Below are positions 10,074 through 20,475 of a DNA stretch of 64,000 bases, piece by piece. Position 1 is the stretch's first letter. Each line of letters opens with the position of its first letter. The notes under the pieces are model-generated. The model was given only the letters and a program-made list of their open reading frames with translations, was not told the DNA's origin and searched no databases. This stretch comes from Microcoleus sp. GTDB taxonomy: Bacteria > Cyanobacteriota > Cyanobacteriia > Cyanobacteriales > Microcoleaceae. Location of the stretch: contig CP181291.1 in assembly GCA_052279835.1 (NCBI GenBank), positions 992,001 to 1,056,000 on the forward strand, read 5' to 3'. Made by a program: the position numbers and the translations under genes.

Positions 10074-10442
10074 TTATTGCCAAAACGCAACTTCCTTTCT
10101 TCCATAGCTATGAGCCTGCTTGATTGTCGTATCAACAGAATCAGATCGAATAACTCTTGCATCATAAATTTTTTGATTTTTGTTATCAAAAATACCCTCA
10201 ACTACGTTGTAATCACCAGTTGCCATTGCTTGTTGAACCGTAAAAGCAACATACTCTCTATTTTGAAAATAGCGGCGATCATTTTCAACTAGCAAATAGG
10301 CAAACTTTCTAAACCACTCATAGATTATCTGAGCAGTTAAGTTGGCAAAATAAACAGTTGCATAAATACCAGCAGAAACTCCTGCCCATACCGCAGTCCA
10401 AATTAATATAGTGAATGGATCCATCTTCTCTTTACTCCACAA
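10074..10442 (-). CDS. Hypothetical protein with N-terminal hydrophobic segment
   Basis: Operon spacing; strong paralogy with the downstream ORF. Confidence 0.75.
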   Translation of the reverse strand: MWSKEKMDPFTILIWTAVWAGVSAGIYATVYFANLTAQIIYEWFRKFAYLLVENDRRYFQNREYVAFTVQQAMATGDYNVVEGIFDNKNQKIYDARVIRSDSVDTTIKQAHSYGRKEVAFWQ

Positions 10443-11232
10443 TGATTAGTTGTTTTGTTCCAAAAATTTCCAACAGTTCATCGTCTAATTGTCTTGCTAC
10501 TAACTGACGACCATAGGGAACACGATTGGAACTAAGAACTACTTGATTATTTTTGTCCAGAAATACTTGTGCTAAGTGATAGCCTTGGGCATGATGTTGA
10601 CGTAAAATAGCCCCTTTTCGTATTCTAGGATCGTGTGGACGATTGGTTATAAAGTATTCAATTGTGTCTTCATAGGTGATTATTGGTATAACTTGTTGTA
10701 CTTTGGTAACGTATTTAATGGTATCCTCATAGGTGATTGTTGGTATAAATTCAGGTGTTTTTACAACGTTACGAAACCATTCAACCAACTCTAAGACTAT
10801 ATCTTGAGGAATTGGAAATTCAGATCCACCAGATGCTTGAGGCTTCAACTCAATGGCAATTAATTCTCGATCGCCCAAAACATCACTTAATTTTATGTCT
10901 AGCTTTTTGGCAACCAACTGACGACCATAAGGTATTCCATTTGAACGACAGACAAGGTTATTATTTTCGTCTAAAAACACCTGTCCTAAAAATTGCCCTT
11001 CGGGATGCTCTTGGCAAATAATTGCTCCTTTTTTTACATTAGGAGTCCCTGGGCGATCGCTCTGGAAATAACTTATAGCCTCGTCAAAGGTTATCTCCTC
11101 TAAGACTTTAGGTATCCCCTGAATATCTGGCGACCATTTATTGAACTCGCCAACTATCCGTCCCACATCCTCGGAAGTCATTTTACGCTCTCCCTGAGAG
11201 GTGTTTTTGGCAAACCAGTTAAACCATGTCAT
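10432..11232 (-). CDS. Hypothetical protein with two copies of an ~85-aa domain
   Basis: KGAI..Q.H..G..L.QVFLD.NN..V...N..PYGRQLVA..LD occurs twice; GGAGG RBS. Confidence 0.8.
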   Translation of the reverse strand: MTWFNWFAKNTSQGERKMTSEDVGRIVGEFNKWSPDIQGIPKVLEEITFDEAISYFQSDRPGTPNVKKGAIICQEHPEGQFLGQVFLDENNNLVCRSNGIPYGRQLVAKKLDIKLSDVLGDRELIAIELKPQASGGSEFPIPQDIVLELVEWFRNVVKTPEFIPTITYEDTIKYVTKVQQVIPIITYEDTIEYFITNRPHDPRIRKGAILRQHHAQGYHLAQVFLDKNNQVVLSSNRVPYGRQLVARQLDDELLEIFGTKQLIIVE

Positions 11233-11464
11233 ATTTCCTCCATAGCATTTGGTTGTGTATAAAATACTACTAATTTTTTGTATGTATGTTTCTGTATTTT
11301 ATTTTAATATGAAAATTATTTTTTGTACATTCATAAAAGTGTTATTTAGTGTATAGTTAGATGTTTTTTAAGATTTTTATTAGTAATAAAAAGTGTGAAA
11401 TCCTTGTCAAGGTGTTATAAAGTGTGATATGGTGCGATCGTAAAAACTAAACCAACTTTTAGCT

Positions 11465-12850
11465 ATGGATATCGAAGAGGTTTTACAATGGACTGACGAG
11501 CAAGTATTTGTGAAAACGGGAAAACATTTTGATTCATTACAAAGATGTATATTAAAGGAAGTTTGGGAAGGTGAGAGATATCCTAAAATAGCTAAAAAGT
11601 GCAATCGTAGTGAAGATCATATTAAACAAGTTGCTAGAAAATTATGGAAGATGCTCTCTGAGATATTGGGAGAAGATATTAAACAATCTAATGTTCGCTC
11701 TATTTTAGAAACAAAAGCAGTATCTAGTATTTACAATTTTGGTAACTCTTCACAGATTGTTAATAGTAAAATTAATAGAACTCATATCAATATCTGTGGA
11801 GAAAAACGGCAAGATGCAGAAGAGGCTAAACAGCGATCGCCCAATCCCCCAGATTCTCCCCAAAACAAAAATCAATCCCCAATAATCGATTTAACAGACG
11901 CACCGGAATTAACCAGCTTTTACGATCGCACCGCCGAACTCTCCACCCTCAAACAATGGATATTGCAAGCCCACACCCGCTTGATTACCGTCTACGGCTT
12001 AAGTGGAATTGGCAAAAGCGCGATCGCCCTCAAACTCATCGAACAAACTCAAACCGAATTTGATTATATTATTTGGTTAAGCCTCACCAACACACCCACA
12101 CTTTCCACCATTCAAACCGAACTCAAGCATTTTTTTGGGCGATCGCCACAACCCCCATTACCCACAATCATCGATTATTTCCGATCTTCTCGCTGTTTAG
12201 TAATCCTTGATGACGTACAGAATATTTTTCAAAGCAGTCAACTAGCAGGTCAATATTTAGCAGGCTATGAAGACTATGGCAAATTTTTCAAACAAATTGC
12301 CACATCCTCTCACCAGAGTTGTTTAATCCTCCTCAGTTGGGAAAAACCCAGAGAAATTACTGCTTTAGAAGCACTAAACCCACCCGCACGAACCTTACAC
12401 CTCAAAGGGTTAGGAGAACAAGTGGCAGAAATTATCAGAGAAAAAGCATTGACAAATGAGGAAAAATGGTCAGACTTAATCGCCCTTTATCAAGGACATC
12501 CTTACTGGTTAAATATTATAGCTGCAACAATTGTCGAATTATTTGACGGTAGCGTTTCCCGGTTTTTAGCAGATAAAAATGATATTTATTTAGGCGACTT
12601 AGAACCTATTTTAGAATCTCAGTTAGAGCGTTTATCGGAGTCCGAACAAAAGGTAGGCTACTGGTTAGCGACTCAAGCTGAAGCTTTAGATATTTCACAA
12701 CAACCTGCTGACAGTGAATTATCCAAATCTGAATTTTGGCACGCCATACAATCTTTAGCCCGACGCGGCTTACTGGAAAAAGTACAAGTAAGAGGGCGAT
12801 CGCTCTTTCTCCTCAATCCCGTATTCAAAGCATACATTCAGTGCCGGTGA
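11465..12850 (+). CDS. STAND/NB-ARC ATPase with N-terminal HTH, no C-terminal WD40/TPR sensor
   Basis: N-terminal W.G.RYPKIA..CNRSEDHIK HTH-like segment; GLSGIGKS Walker A; LVILDD Walker B; YQGHP motif. Confidence 0.85.
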   Translation: MDIEEVLQWTDEQVFVKTGKHFDSLQRCILKEVWEGERYPKIAKKCNRSEDHIKQVARKLWKMLSEILGEDIKQSNVRSILETKAVSSIYNFGNSSQIVNSKINRTHINICGEKRQDAEEAKQRSPNPPDSPQNKNQSPIIDLTDAPELTSFYDRTAELSTLKQWILQAHTRLITVYGLSGIGKSAIALKLIEQTQTEFDYIIWLSLTNTPTLSTIQTELKHFFGRSPQPPLPTIIDYFRSSRCLVILDDVQNIFQSSQLAGQYLAGYEDYGKFFKQIATSSHQSCLILLSWEKPREITALEALNPPARTLHLKGLGEQVAEIIREKALTNEEKWSDLIALYQGHPYWLNIIAATIVELFDGSVSRFLADKNDIYLGDLEPILESQLERLSESEQKVGYWLATQAEALDISQQPADSELSKSEFWHAIQSLARRGLLEKVQVRGRSLFLLNPVFKAYIQCR

Positions 12851-12911
12851 AATATTATATAATTTATGAGAGATTACATTTCTTAGATTTAACGGATAGA
12901 AAGCGAATCTT

Positions 12912-13121
12912 ATGAAAACCTTTACCGCTATTATCGAAAAAGATTCTGATACCAAGCTTTACGTTGGTTATATTCCTGGATTTCCTGGGGCGCATTCCCA
13001 GGGAGAAACCTTGGATGAGTTACACGAGAATCTGCGTGAGGTAATTGAGATGCTCCTAGAAGATGATACTCTCGTCATTCAGACAGAATTTATAGGTACA
13101 CAGCAGATTGTGATCCGATAA
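12912..13121 (+). CDS. hicB: HicB family antitoxin
   Basis: YVGYIPGFPGAHSQGETLDEL.ENLREVIEM. Confidence 0.9.
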   Translation: MKTFTAIIEKDSDTKLYVGYIPGFPGAHSQGETLDELHENLREVIEMLLEDDTLVIQTEFIGTQQIVIR

Positions 13122-13123
13122 AC

Positions 13124-13348
13124 ATGAGCAATATCCCAGTTCTGAAACCACAGGAAATAGTCCGCAGACTAGAGAACCTTGACTTTGTAGAGGTGCGTCA
13201 AAAAGGCTCACATAAACAGTTCCGTCACCAAGATGGGCGAGGAACTACTGTTCCTTTTCATAAAGGGCGTGATATATCACCTAGATTGCTTCAGCGGATT
13301 GCAATTGATATTGGCTTGACAGTTGAGGAAATGTTGGAGTCACGGTGA
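13124..13348 (+). CDS. hicA: HicA family toxin
   Basis: RQKGSHKQFRH.DGR.TTVPFH. Confidence 0.9.
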   Translation: MSNIPVLKPQEIVRRLENLDFVEVRQKGSHKQFRHQDGRGTTVPFHKGRDISPRLLQRIAIDIGLTVEEMLESR

Positions 13349-13491
13349 GTTGACGTGAACTACATGACTACTTTTTGCCCAAATTGCTGCTGCAAAACTA
13401 CCGAAATCAGGAACCGAAACTGCATGGAAACAAACTCCAGCAAAGGCCAAATATGAGGGCAAAGCATAGTTTTTTTAATCGCACTTCTCAA

Positions 13492-14070
13492 CTAAATCAT
13501 CGATCGCATAAAAGCATTCACCGCATCATATTGATCCGCCATCCGCGAATAAAACTCGATCGATCGCAAATCCAACTCCGGCAAAAGTTCGCTCTTACTA
13601 ACCAACTCATATCCCGTTGGACGCAAACAATAAACCGAAATTACCCCATCCTCCCAAAACCAAACCTCCCGCACTCCTATCCGACGATAGATTTCCAGCG
13701 TATCAATTCCACCACTCCTGACCGTTATCTCGATCGCCAAATCTGGAACCAACTTGCGCGTACCCAAACAATAAGACTCATCAGGTTCCTTCCGTGCACC
13801 CAACTCCTTCATCCCGATAGTTGTGCTCCCTCGCCCGTAGAAACGAATGTCCTTCGTCCGCATATAAATCTCTAAAACCTGACCTAAAGTATTTTTAGGT
13901 TCTTCATGTTCCTCAGATAAAGGAGCCATAATTTCTAAACACTCATCCAAATATGTTAAACGCGCCCCAGTGTCCGCCAAATCTGCATCCAATTTTTCCA
14001 GAGTCTCCCATGTCACGTTTGACAGGAAAGCCACACCTTTACCCAATCCTTTAGAAATTGCGACAACCAT
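13492..14070 (-). CDS. Uma2 family endonuclease-like protein
   Basis: KEPDESYC, PDLAIEI, Y.RIGVREVWFW. Confidence 0.9.
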   Translation of the reverse strand: MVVAISKGLGKGVAFLSNVTWETLEKLDADLADTGARLTYLDECLEIMAPLSEEHEEPKNTLGQVLEIYMRTKDIRFYGRGSTTIGMKELGARKEPDESYCLGTRKLVPDLAIEITVRSGGIDTLEIYRRIGVREVWFWEDGVISVYCLRPTGYELVSKSELLPELDLRSIEFYSRMADQYDAVNAFMRSMI

Positions 14071-14131
14071 TTGACTTACCTTTTACGATCGCTCTTCCAT
14101 AATATAAGCCTATCCTAATATTCTATTCTTT

Positions 14132-14178
14132 AGTCTGCGGAGGCAGACTTCGTTTGTATAGACGCGGTTTCAACCGCC
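14132..14178 (+). repeat. ~47-bp double-hairpin dispersed repeat, copy 2
   Basis: AGTCTGCGGAGGCAGACTTCGTTTGTATAGACGCGGTTTCAACCGCC. Confidence 0.85.
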
Positions 14179-14197
14179 GAGTCTGATTCTTCCCAAA

Positions 14198-14231
14198 CAA
14201 AAAGCGCCCCTATTTCTAGGAGCGCTTTTTG
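14198..14231 (-). terminator. Rho-independent terminator downstream of psbA
   Basis: CAAAAAGCGC...GCGCTTTTTG inverted repeat with T tracts, 18 bp beyond the psbA stop. Confidence 0.8.
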
Positions 14232-14249
14232 ATTATCTCAAGTTAAAAA

Positions 14250-15332
14250 TTAACCGTTGATAGAAGGAGCAACCAAAGCAACTGGAGTTGTTTCGCCAGC
14301 AGCCAAGTCGAGTGGGAAGTTGTGAGCGTTGCGCTCGTGCATTACTTCCATACCCAAGTTAGCGCGGTTGATGACATCAGCCCAGGTGTTGATGACACGA
14401 CCTTGAGAGTCGATAATCGATTGGTTGAAGTTGAAACCGTTCAAGTTGAAAGCCATGGTGGAGATACCTAGTGCTGTGAACCAGATACCGACAACTGGCC
14501 ATGCACCTAACAAGAAGTGCAAAGAACGGCTGTTGTTGAAAGAAGCGTATTGGAAAATCAAACGACCGAAGTAGCCGTGGGCTGCAACGATGTTGTAGGT
14601 TTCTTCTTCTTGACCGAATTTGTAACCGTAGTTTTGCGATTCGGTTTCGGTTGTTTCACGAACCAAAGAAGATGTTACCAAGGAACCGTGCATGGCGGAG
14701 AACAAGCTACCACCGAAGACACCAGCAACTCCCAACATGTGGAAGGGGTGCATCAGGATGTTGTGCTCGGCTTGGAACACGATCATGAAGTTGAAGGTAC
14801 CGGAGATACCCAAAGGCATACCGTCAGAGAAGGAACCTTGACCGATTGGGTAGATCAAGAATACTGCGGTGGCTGCTGCAACTGGTGCAGAGTAAGCGAC
14901 GCAGATCCAAGGACGCATACCTAGGCGGTAGGACAATTCCCATTCACGACCCATGTAGCAGAAAATGCCGATCAGGAAGTGGAAAATCACTAGCTGGTAA
15001 GGGCCGCCGTTGTACAACCACTCATCGAGGGAAGCAGCTTCCCAGATTGGGTAAAAGTGTAAGCCGATCGCGTTGGAAGAAGGAACAACAGCACCTGTGA
15101 TGATGTTGTTACCGAACATCAAGGAACCTGCAACTGGTTCGCGGATGCCGTCGATGTCCACAGGAGGAGCAGCGATGAAGGCAACGATGTAGCAGATGGT
15201 GGCAGTTAAGAGGGTAGGAATCATCAAGACGCCGAACCAACCGATATAAATCCGGTTGTCTGTGCTTGTGACCCACTCGCAAAACCGTTCCCAGACATTG
15301 GCGCTTTCGCGCTGTTGTAAGGTTGTTGTCAT
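14250..15332 (-). CDS. psbA: Photosystem II D1 protein (Glu130 form)
   Basis: 360-aa D1 with [16 protein letters not shown] and [14 protein letters not shown]; Mn-cluster ligands intact. Confidence 0.99.
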   Translation of the reverse strand: MTTTLQQRESANVWERFCEWVTSTDNRIYIGWFGVLMIPTLLTATICYIVAFIAAPPVDIDGIREPVAGSLMFGNNIITGAVVPSSNAIGLHFYPIWEAASLDEWLYNGGPYQLVIFHFLIGIFCYMGREWELSYRLGMRPWICVAYSAPVAAATAVFLIYPIGQGSFSDGMPLGISGTFNFMIVFQAEHNILMHPFHMLGVAGVFGGSLFSAMHGSLVTSSLVRETTETESQNYGYKFGQEEETYNIVAAHGYFGRLIFQYASFNNSRSLHFLLGAWPVVGIWFTALGISTMAFNLNGFNFNQSIIDSQGRVINTWADVINRANLGMEVMHERNAHNFPLDLAAGETTPVALVAPSING

Positions 15333-15397
15333 GGTTTTATGATTGCTTTATTTGGTTTTCAATGTTCGTGGCGGTTGTTTGTTCCGCCATGTAAATA

Positions 15398-15426
15398 AAC
15401 ATAAAGCTTTTATTTCAATTTGTAAA
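15398..15426 (-). promoter_or_regulatory. Putative psbA promoter, TTTACA-N17-TATGTT
   Basis: Minus strand reads TTTACA aattgaaataaaagctt TATGTT, ending ~65 bp upstream of the ATG. Confidence 0.6.
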
Positions 15427-15661
15427 GGCCTTCTCAGCACAACTTTTGTTATGACTATCATAAGTATAGCTGATACAATGGCGAAGCCGTTGCTGTATAT
15501 GGGTTTTAAATGCAGGAGGCGGAATTTGTTGGCGATCGCATCAGAAGCAGAATGCTGATAATGTAGCTGCACAAGGAGAGCGGGACTGGTGTCAGTGTTA
15601 AGATAAGTTAAGCGGGGCGATCGCCAAGCGCAAAACTAAAAATTATTAAAAACCCCAAGGA

Positions 15662-16612
15662 ATGTCCCGCACCGTCACCTACAGCCCTGCTCATACGCTG
15701 GTTCCCACTTATGAGTGTTTTAATCGCTGCACCTATTGCAATTTTCGAGCTGAACCGCTGGAAAGTCCTTGGCTGACGCTACCACAAGCCGAAAAACGGC
15801 TCCAGCTACTGCAAACTCAAGGTGTGATTGAAATTCTCATCCTCAGTGGCGAGGTACATCCCCAAAGTCAACGGCGCAAAGCTTGGTTTCAGCGCATTTA
15901 TGAGCTCTGTGAACTGGCACTTGCTCTAGGATTTTTGCCACATACTAATGTAGGTCCGCTCAGTTTTGAGGAGATGGCTCAGTTAAAACAGGTGAATGTC
16001 TCCATGGGGCTGATGTTGGAACAGTTGACACCGAGTTTACTAACAACAGTTCACCGACACGCACCGAGTAAAGTACCTGCCCGGAGGCTGCAACAGTTAG
16101 AATGGGCTGGGAAGTTGCAGATTCCGTTTACCACTGGTTTGCTGCTGGGAATCGGGGAAAGTGAGGCAGATTGGGTGGAGACATTAGAGGCGATCGCCCG
16201 GATTCATTCCTGTTACAATCATATTCAAGAAGTTATCCTGCAACCTTACAGTCCGGGAAATAAGCAAAGTTGGGGTGGTGAAGTTTTTGATGTTACAAAA
16301 ATGCCGGAATTAATTGCGATCGCCCGCAGCATTTTACCTGATGAAATCGCCTTACAAATTCCGCCAAATTTAGTGACCAAGCCAGACATATTAATCGCTT
16401 GCTTAGAAGCAGGTGCTAGAGATTTAGGAGGAATTGGGCCAGTGGATGAAGTTAATCCCGATTATCCTCACCTCCAACACCAAACTTTAACAGAAATTTT
16501 AGCAGCCGCGGGATGGCAACTCGTGCAGCGTTTGCCTGTTTATCCTCAGTACGATACTTGGCTGCCGCAGACATTACAAACTGCTGTAAAACAATGGAGA
16601 ATTACTCATTAA
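15662..16612 (+). CDS. cofG: FO synthase subunit 1 (radical SAM)
   Basis: TYSP...LVPTYECFNRCTYCNF, SMGLMLE, PFTTGLLLGIGE, DEVNPDY. Confidence 0.9.
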   Translation: MSRTVTYSPAHTLVPTYECFNRCTYCNFRAEPLESPWLTLPQAEKRLQLLQTQGVIEILILSGEVHPQSQRRKAWFQRIYELCELALALGFLPHTNVGPLSFEEMAQLKQVNVSMGLMLEQLTPSLLTTVHRHAPSKVPARRLQQLEWAGKLQIPFTTGLLLGIGESEADWVETLEAIARIHSCYNHIQEVILQPYSPGNKQSWGGEVFDVTKMPELIAIARSILPDEIALQIPPNLVTKPDILIACLEAGARDLGGIGPVDEVNPDYPHLQHQTLTEILAAAGWQLVQRLPVYPQYDTWLPQTLQTAVKQWRITH

Positions 16613-16627
16613 TCCTTCTTATTTCTT

Positions 16628-16674
16628 AGTCGGCGCAGGCGGACTTCGTTTGTGTAGAAGCGGTTTCAACCGCC
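16628..16674 (+). repeat. ~47-bp double-hairpin dispersed repeat, copy 3
   Basis: AGTCGGCGCAGGCGGACTTCGTTTGTGTAGAAGCGGTTTCAACCGCC. Confidence 0.85.
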
Positions 16675-16688
16675 TAGCCATTAAAATT

Positions 16689-17465
16689 TCAAATCAAAGA
16701 ACCACCACCATCAATCCAGACTTCAGTACCTGTGATGAAACTGGAGGCATCTGATACTAAAAATAAAACTAATTGGGCGATTTCTTCAGTAGAACCTGCG
16801 GTATTATCAGTCAAAGGAATCAGATCGTGAATGAAATCCTCTGATCCTCGAATGTGATCGAGATGTCGCTTAGTGGTACTTTCCTCAATCGCAGTCAGGA
16901 TTCCACCCGGACAAATGACATTAACTCGGATTTTGCTAGGAGCAAGTTCTAGGGCCAGCATTTTGGCAAAGGCTACTTGAGCAGCTTTAGAACAAGCATA
17001 GGCGGTGGCACCAACTTTACTGAAATTTCTAGTACCATTAATCGATGAGGTAATGACAATAGAACCTCCTTGTTTTTTTAAATAAGGAACAGCATACTTG
17101 ACAGTCAAGAAAGTACCTCTGAGATTAGTATTAATTGTCCTATCCCACTCATCCGGTTCGAGTTCTTCTATGGGCGACCAGACACCATTAATCCCCGCAT
17201 TCACAAACACAGTATCTATTTTTTTATATTCTTCAAAAATTGTTTGAAATGCCTGTTGCATTTGTTCAGAATTTGCTACATCTGCGACAAGTGCCAGTCC
17301 ACTGCCTCCTTGATTCACCAACTGGCTGACAGTTTCTTGCCCACTATCAAGAACGCGATCGATAATAGCAACTTTTGCCCCTTCCTTGGCCATTAAAATT
17401 GCTGCTGCACGACCAATCCCAGACCCGCCACCAGTAATAACGGCAACTTTATCTAAAAGATTCAT
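16689..17465 (-). CDS. SDR family oxidoreductase
   Basis: TGGGSGIG, VNAG, YACSK; start taken at ATG 17465 because the upstream extension is low-complexity. Confidence 0.9.
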   Translation of the reverse strand: MNLLDKVAVITGGGSGIGRAAAILMAKEGAKVAIIDRVLDSGQETVSQLVNQGGSGLALVADVANSEQMQQAFQTIFEEYKKIDTVFVNAGINGVWSPIEELEPDEWDRTINTNLRGTFLTVKYAVPYLKKQGGSIVITSSINGTRNFSKVGATAYACSKAAQVAFAKMLALELAPSKIRVNVICPGGILTAIEESTTKRHLDHIRGSEDFIHDLIPLTDNTAGSTEEIAQLVLFLVSDASSFITGTEVWIDGGGSLI

Positions 17466-17580
17466 AATTTTTATATATAAATAATTTGAATAATTATAAC
17501 AATCAAAATAACAACTAACAAATAACAACTAACAACTAACAACTAACAAGAAATACATCTTGTTAGTTGTTATAGGGTCT

Positions 17581-19059
17581 TTAGGATTCTGGAACCCAGA
17601 CAGAAACTGAACCAGCATTACACCTAAAATCAGCCCAACCTTCGTCATTAGTTGTGATAGATTCTTTGATGTTTTCGGTGAGATCGATATAGGTACGATT
17701 CGGTTGTCCGACTTCCATAAACTTAGTACCATCACCGCCGTTAGTCAGTACCACAGCCATGCCACCTGGATGTTCTTCATCTCCAAGTCTCGTCCAGCCA
17801 ATTGTATTGGCGTGGTCAAAGTAATCGTATTGATTACCGTAGGAATAAGTTTGGCGAGCGAACAGGAATTTATCAATAATCCATTGATGTTTCTCTAACC
17901 AAATTTCGTATTCGTTACCATCTTTTCCTCGATCCTTATAATGATCGCCGTAATAATCGGGGTAAAAAATACAGGGATATCCTTCACGTCGCAGCAGGAT
18001 TAAAGCATAGGCAAGGGGCTTAAACCAAGACTCGACAACAGACTCTAGGGATTGTAAAGGTTGGGAATCGTGGTTATCTACTAGAGTAACGGCGAGAGTT
18101 GGTTGGTGCTGGACGAGGCTGCCGTCAAAAATTGTTCTCAAGTCATAATTATTGCCTGCTTTGCTGGCTGCATAGAAGTTGTAGTGAAGAGGTGCATCAA
18201 ATAAGGATACTTTACCATCAGTTACTGTAATGAAGTGGTGCAAAGCTTCGACTTCATAGGACCAATATTCGCCGACGGCAAATAGGTCACGTTTGGCATA
18301 ATTGCGAACGTGTTCTAACCATTCTTGGAAAAATTTTGCTGATACGTGTTTGACGGCATCGAACCGAAACCCATCAACGTTGGTTGTATCGACATACCAC
18401 TCGCCCCAGTATTTTAATTCCCCGGTGACTTCTGGGTTGTCCATATCTAAATCACAACCCATCAGGTAGTCAAAATTGCCTTTTTCTAAGTCTACATTTT
18501 GGTCAAATTCTTTGCCTTTGAGCAAGTAAACGGCATTGGCATTTGTGTCGTAAGCATTGTAATCAATGGCATCAAAATGCCACCAATGCCATTCCATGCT
18601 GGAATAGGTTTTGCCACGACCAGGGAAGGTAAAATGAGTCCAAGCCTTAATTTTTTGATACTCGCCTACGGTGTCATTGCGGTTGTCGGGATTGAAGGGT
18701 GTAGCTTCGACTTCTTCTTCTTCATCAGCTCCTAATTTGTGGTTAAAGACAACATCAGCATAAATCTTAATTCCTAGATCTTGTGCTGCTTTAATCGCTC
18801 GCAAATACTCCTCTTTTGTCCCGTATTTCGTCCGGATCGAGCCTTTTTGATCGAACTCACCTAAGTCGAATATGTCGTAGACACCGTAACCCACATCCAT
18901 ACCGCCGCCCGTTCCTTTATACGCGGGTGGCAACCACAGAGATGTAATGCCCATTTTGGCTAAATCTTTGGCAGATTCGGCTAACTGATTCCAGAGGTTG
19001 CCGTCAGCGGGGGTATACCAGTGGAAATACTGCATCATGACGCCATTGACTTCAGACAT
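17581..19059 (-). CDS. amyA: Alpha-amylase (GH13)
   Basis: MMQYFHWY, GYGVYD, DGFRFDAVKH, VGEYW, VDNHD. Confidence 0.92.
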   Translation of the reverse strand: MSEVNGVMMQYFHWYTPADGNLWNQLAESAKDLAKMGITSLWLPPAYKGTGGGMDVGYGVYDIFDLGEFDQKGSIRTKYGTKEEYLRAIKAAQDLGIKIYADVVFNHKLGADEEEEVEATPFNPDNRNDTVGEYQKIKAWTHFTFPGRGKTYSSMEWHWWHFDAIDYNAYDTNANAVYLLKGKEFDQNVDLEKGNFDYLMGCDLDMDNPEVTGELKYWGEWYVDTTNVDGFRFDAVKHVSAKFFQEWLEHVRNYAKRDLFAVGEYWSYEVEALHHFITVTDGKVSLFDAPLHYNFYAASKAGNNYDLRTIFDGSLVQHQPTLAVTLVDNHDSQPLQSLESVVESWFKPLAYALILLRREGYPCIFYPDYYGDHYKDRGKDGNEYEIWLEKHQWIIDKFLFARQTYSYGNQYDYFDHANTIGWTRLGDEEHPGGMAVVLTNGGDGTKFMEVGQPNRTYIDLTENIKESITTNDEGWADFRCNAGSVSVWVPES

Positions 19060-19249
19060 AAATTTAGTTTCTCCTGTTTGGTAAAGCTGCGGGCTTATTA
19101 GTTTATGTTACTAATTAGTATAGATATGCCTGCAATTTGTGGTCAATAGATATCATAAAAGATGGGGCCGATCAAAACAATCTATCAATAGATAGATTGA
19201 CAAAAAAAACTAATTTTGATGTTAAATTGTTTCAGAATATGTAAAAATC

Positions 19250-20029
19250 TTAAGAAGTTGTTGCTGCTGTGGCTATTCGCTCAACTCTGGTGTTCCAAGT
19301 GCCGTCGATCGCCAATTCGAGCAATCTAAATCCAGGCGGGATGTGGTCAACTATAATGGGATGGCTTTTGGGTAAAAGTTGGATGCAGGTACTGGGCGTA
19401 CCCAAGTAAGTAACTGAGCCTCTGTGTTGGTGAAATTCTTGGTGAATGTGGCCGCAAAGGACGATTTTTACTTGAGGATATCGATCGACTATTGCCAAAA
19501 ATTCATCGGCATTGTGGAGCATCATGCCATCCATTATTTCACTTGCGATCGCCAATGGATGATGGTGCAAGGCGATCGTCACAAATCGATCGCCCGTTTG
19601 TTGCAATTGAGAGTCCAGCCAATCCAAGCTTTCTGGGGAAATTCGCCCCCCACTGCATCCAGCTTCCACACTCGAAAGCAACAGAAATTCCCAGTTTCCT
19701 AGCTTCCAAGATTTTTCTGGAGAAATCGGCGGCTTATCTAATATTTCTGCCATAACTGGGATGTTGTCATGATTCCCAGGTATCCAGTAAGCGGGGATGT
19801 TGAGGGGAGAAATCAGGGATGCGAGGAGCTCGTAGGATTCGGGTGTTTCATCTTGGGATAAGTCCCCTGTCAGCAGCAGTAAGTCTGGCTGGGGCTGAAT
19901 CTGTTGCAAGTGTTCGAGAACTGCTTTGAGGGTGTGGGCGGTTGAGAGGCCTTTCCAGGTGCGATCGGGCTCTGCAAACAAGTGAGTATCGGTGATTTGG
20001 GCGACGAGTAGGGGGGAAGCGGGTGTCAT
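19250..20029 (-). CDS. cpdA: 3',5'-cyclic-AMP phosphodiesterase (metallophosphoesterase)
   Basis: QITDTH, TGDLSQD, PGNHD, LHHHP, GHIHQ, TPSTCIQ. Confidence 0.88.
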   Translation of the reverse strand: MTPASPLLVAQITDTHLFAEPDRTWKGLSTAHTLKAVLEHLQQIQPQPDLLLLTGDLSQDETPESYELLASLISPLNIPAYWIPGNHDNIPVMAEILDKPPISPEKSWKLGNWEFLLLSSVEAGCSGGRISPESLDWLDSQLQQTGDRFVTIALHHHPLAIASEIMDGMMLHNADEFLAIVDRYPQVKIVLCGHIHQEFHQHRGSVTYLGTPSTCIQLLPKSHPIIVDHIPPGFRLLELAIDGTWNTRVERIATAATTS

Positions 20030-20182
20030 GGATGATGTTGCGGGCGATCGATCTAGTTCTAGAGTAGCCTGTCACAGCGGTTTTGGGGATGTGGGAACAA
20101 GGGCGAGGGAAATTTTTGACAAAAGTGTTGAAATAATCAAGATTTGGTGTAATATAGTAAAGCGTTAAATTTATGACGTAAC

Positions 20183-20253
<71 letters not shown>

Positions 20254-20475
20254 TTTTAGTTTATAAAGTAACAAGTTGTTTGTCACTTATGGCAGACTTG
20301 TTTCCATTTAGGCGATCGCTCTATCTGGTAGAGTTTGATATGGCAAGGGCGATCGCTTCCTTAAAATCTGGTGAACCTGTGATTCCGGTTTGGTGCGATG
20401 TAATTTATCAGCAATTGAATAACAGACTCAATGAGCGGAACGAATATGCTTAATCTGTAAGGGAGATAATGCTTG

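Noticed and set aside
13375..13875. 166-aa plus-strand ORF
   Set aside because: Antisense shadow of the Uma2 gene with no recognisable motifs
15662..16612. cofG without adjacent cofH as a novel pathway
   Set aside because: cofG and cofH are commonly unlinked in cyanobacteria
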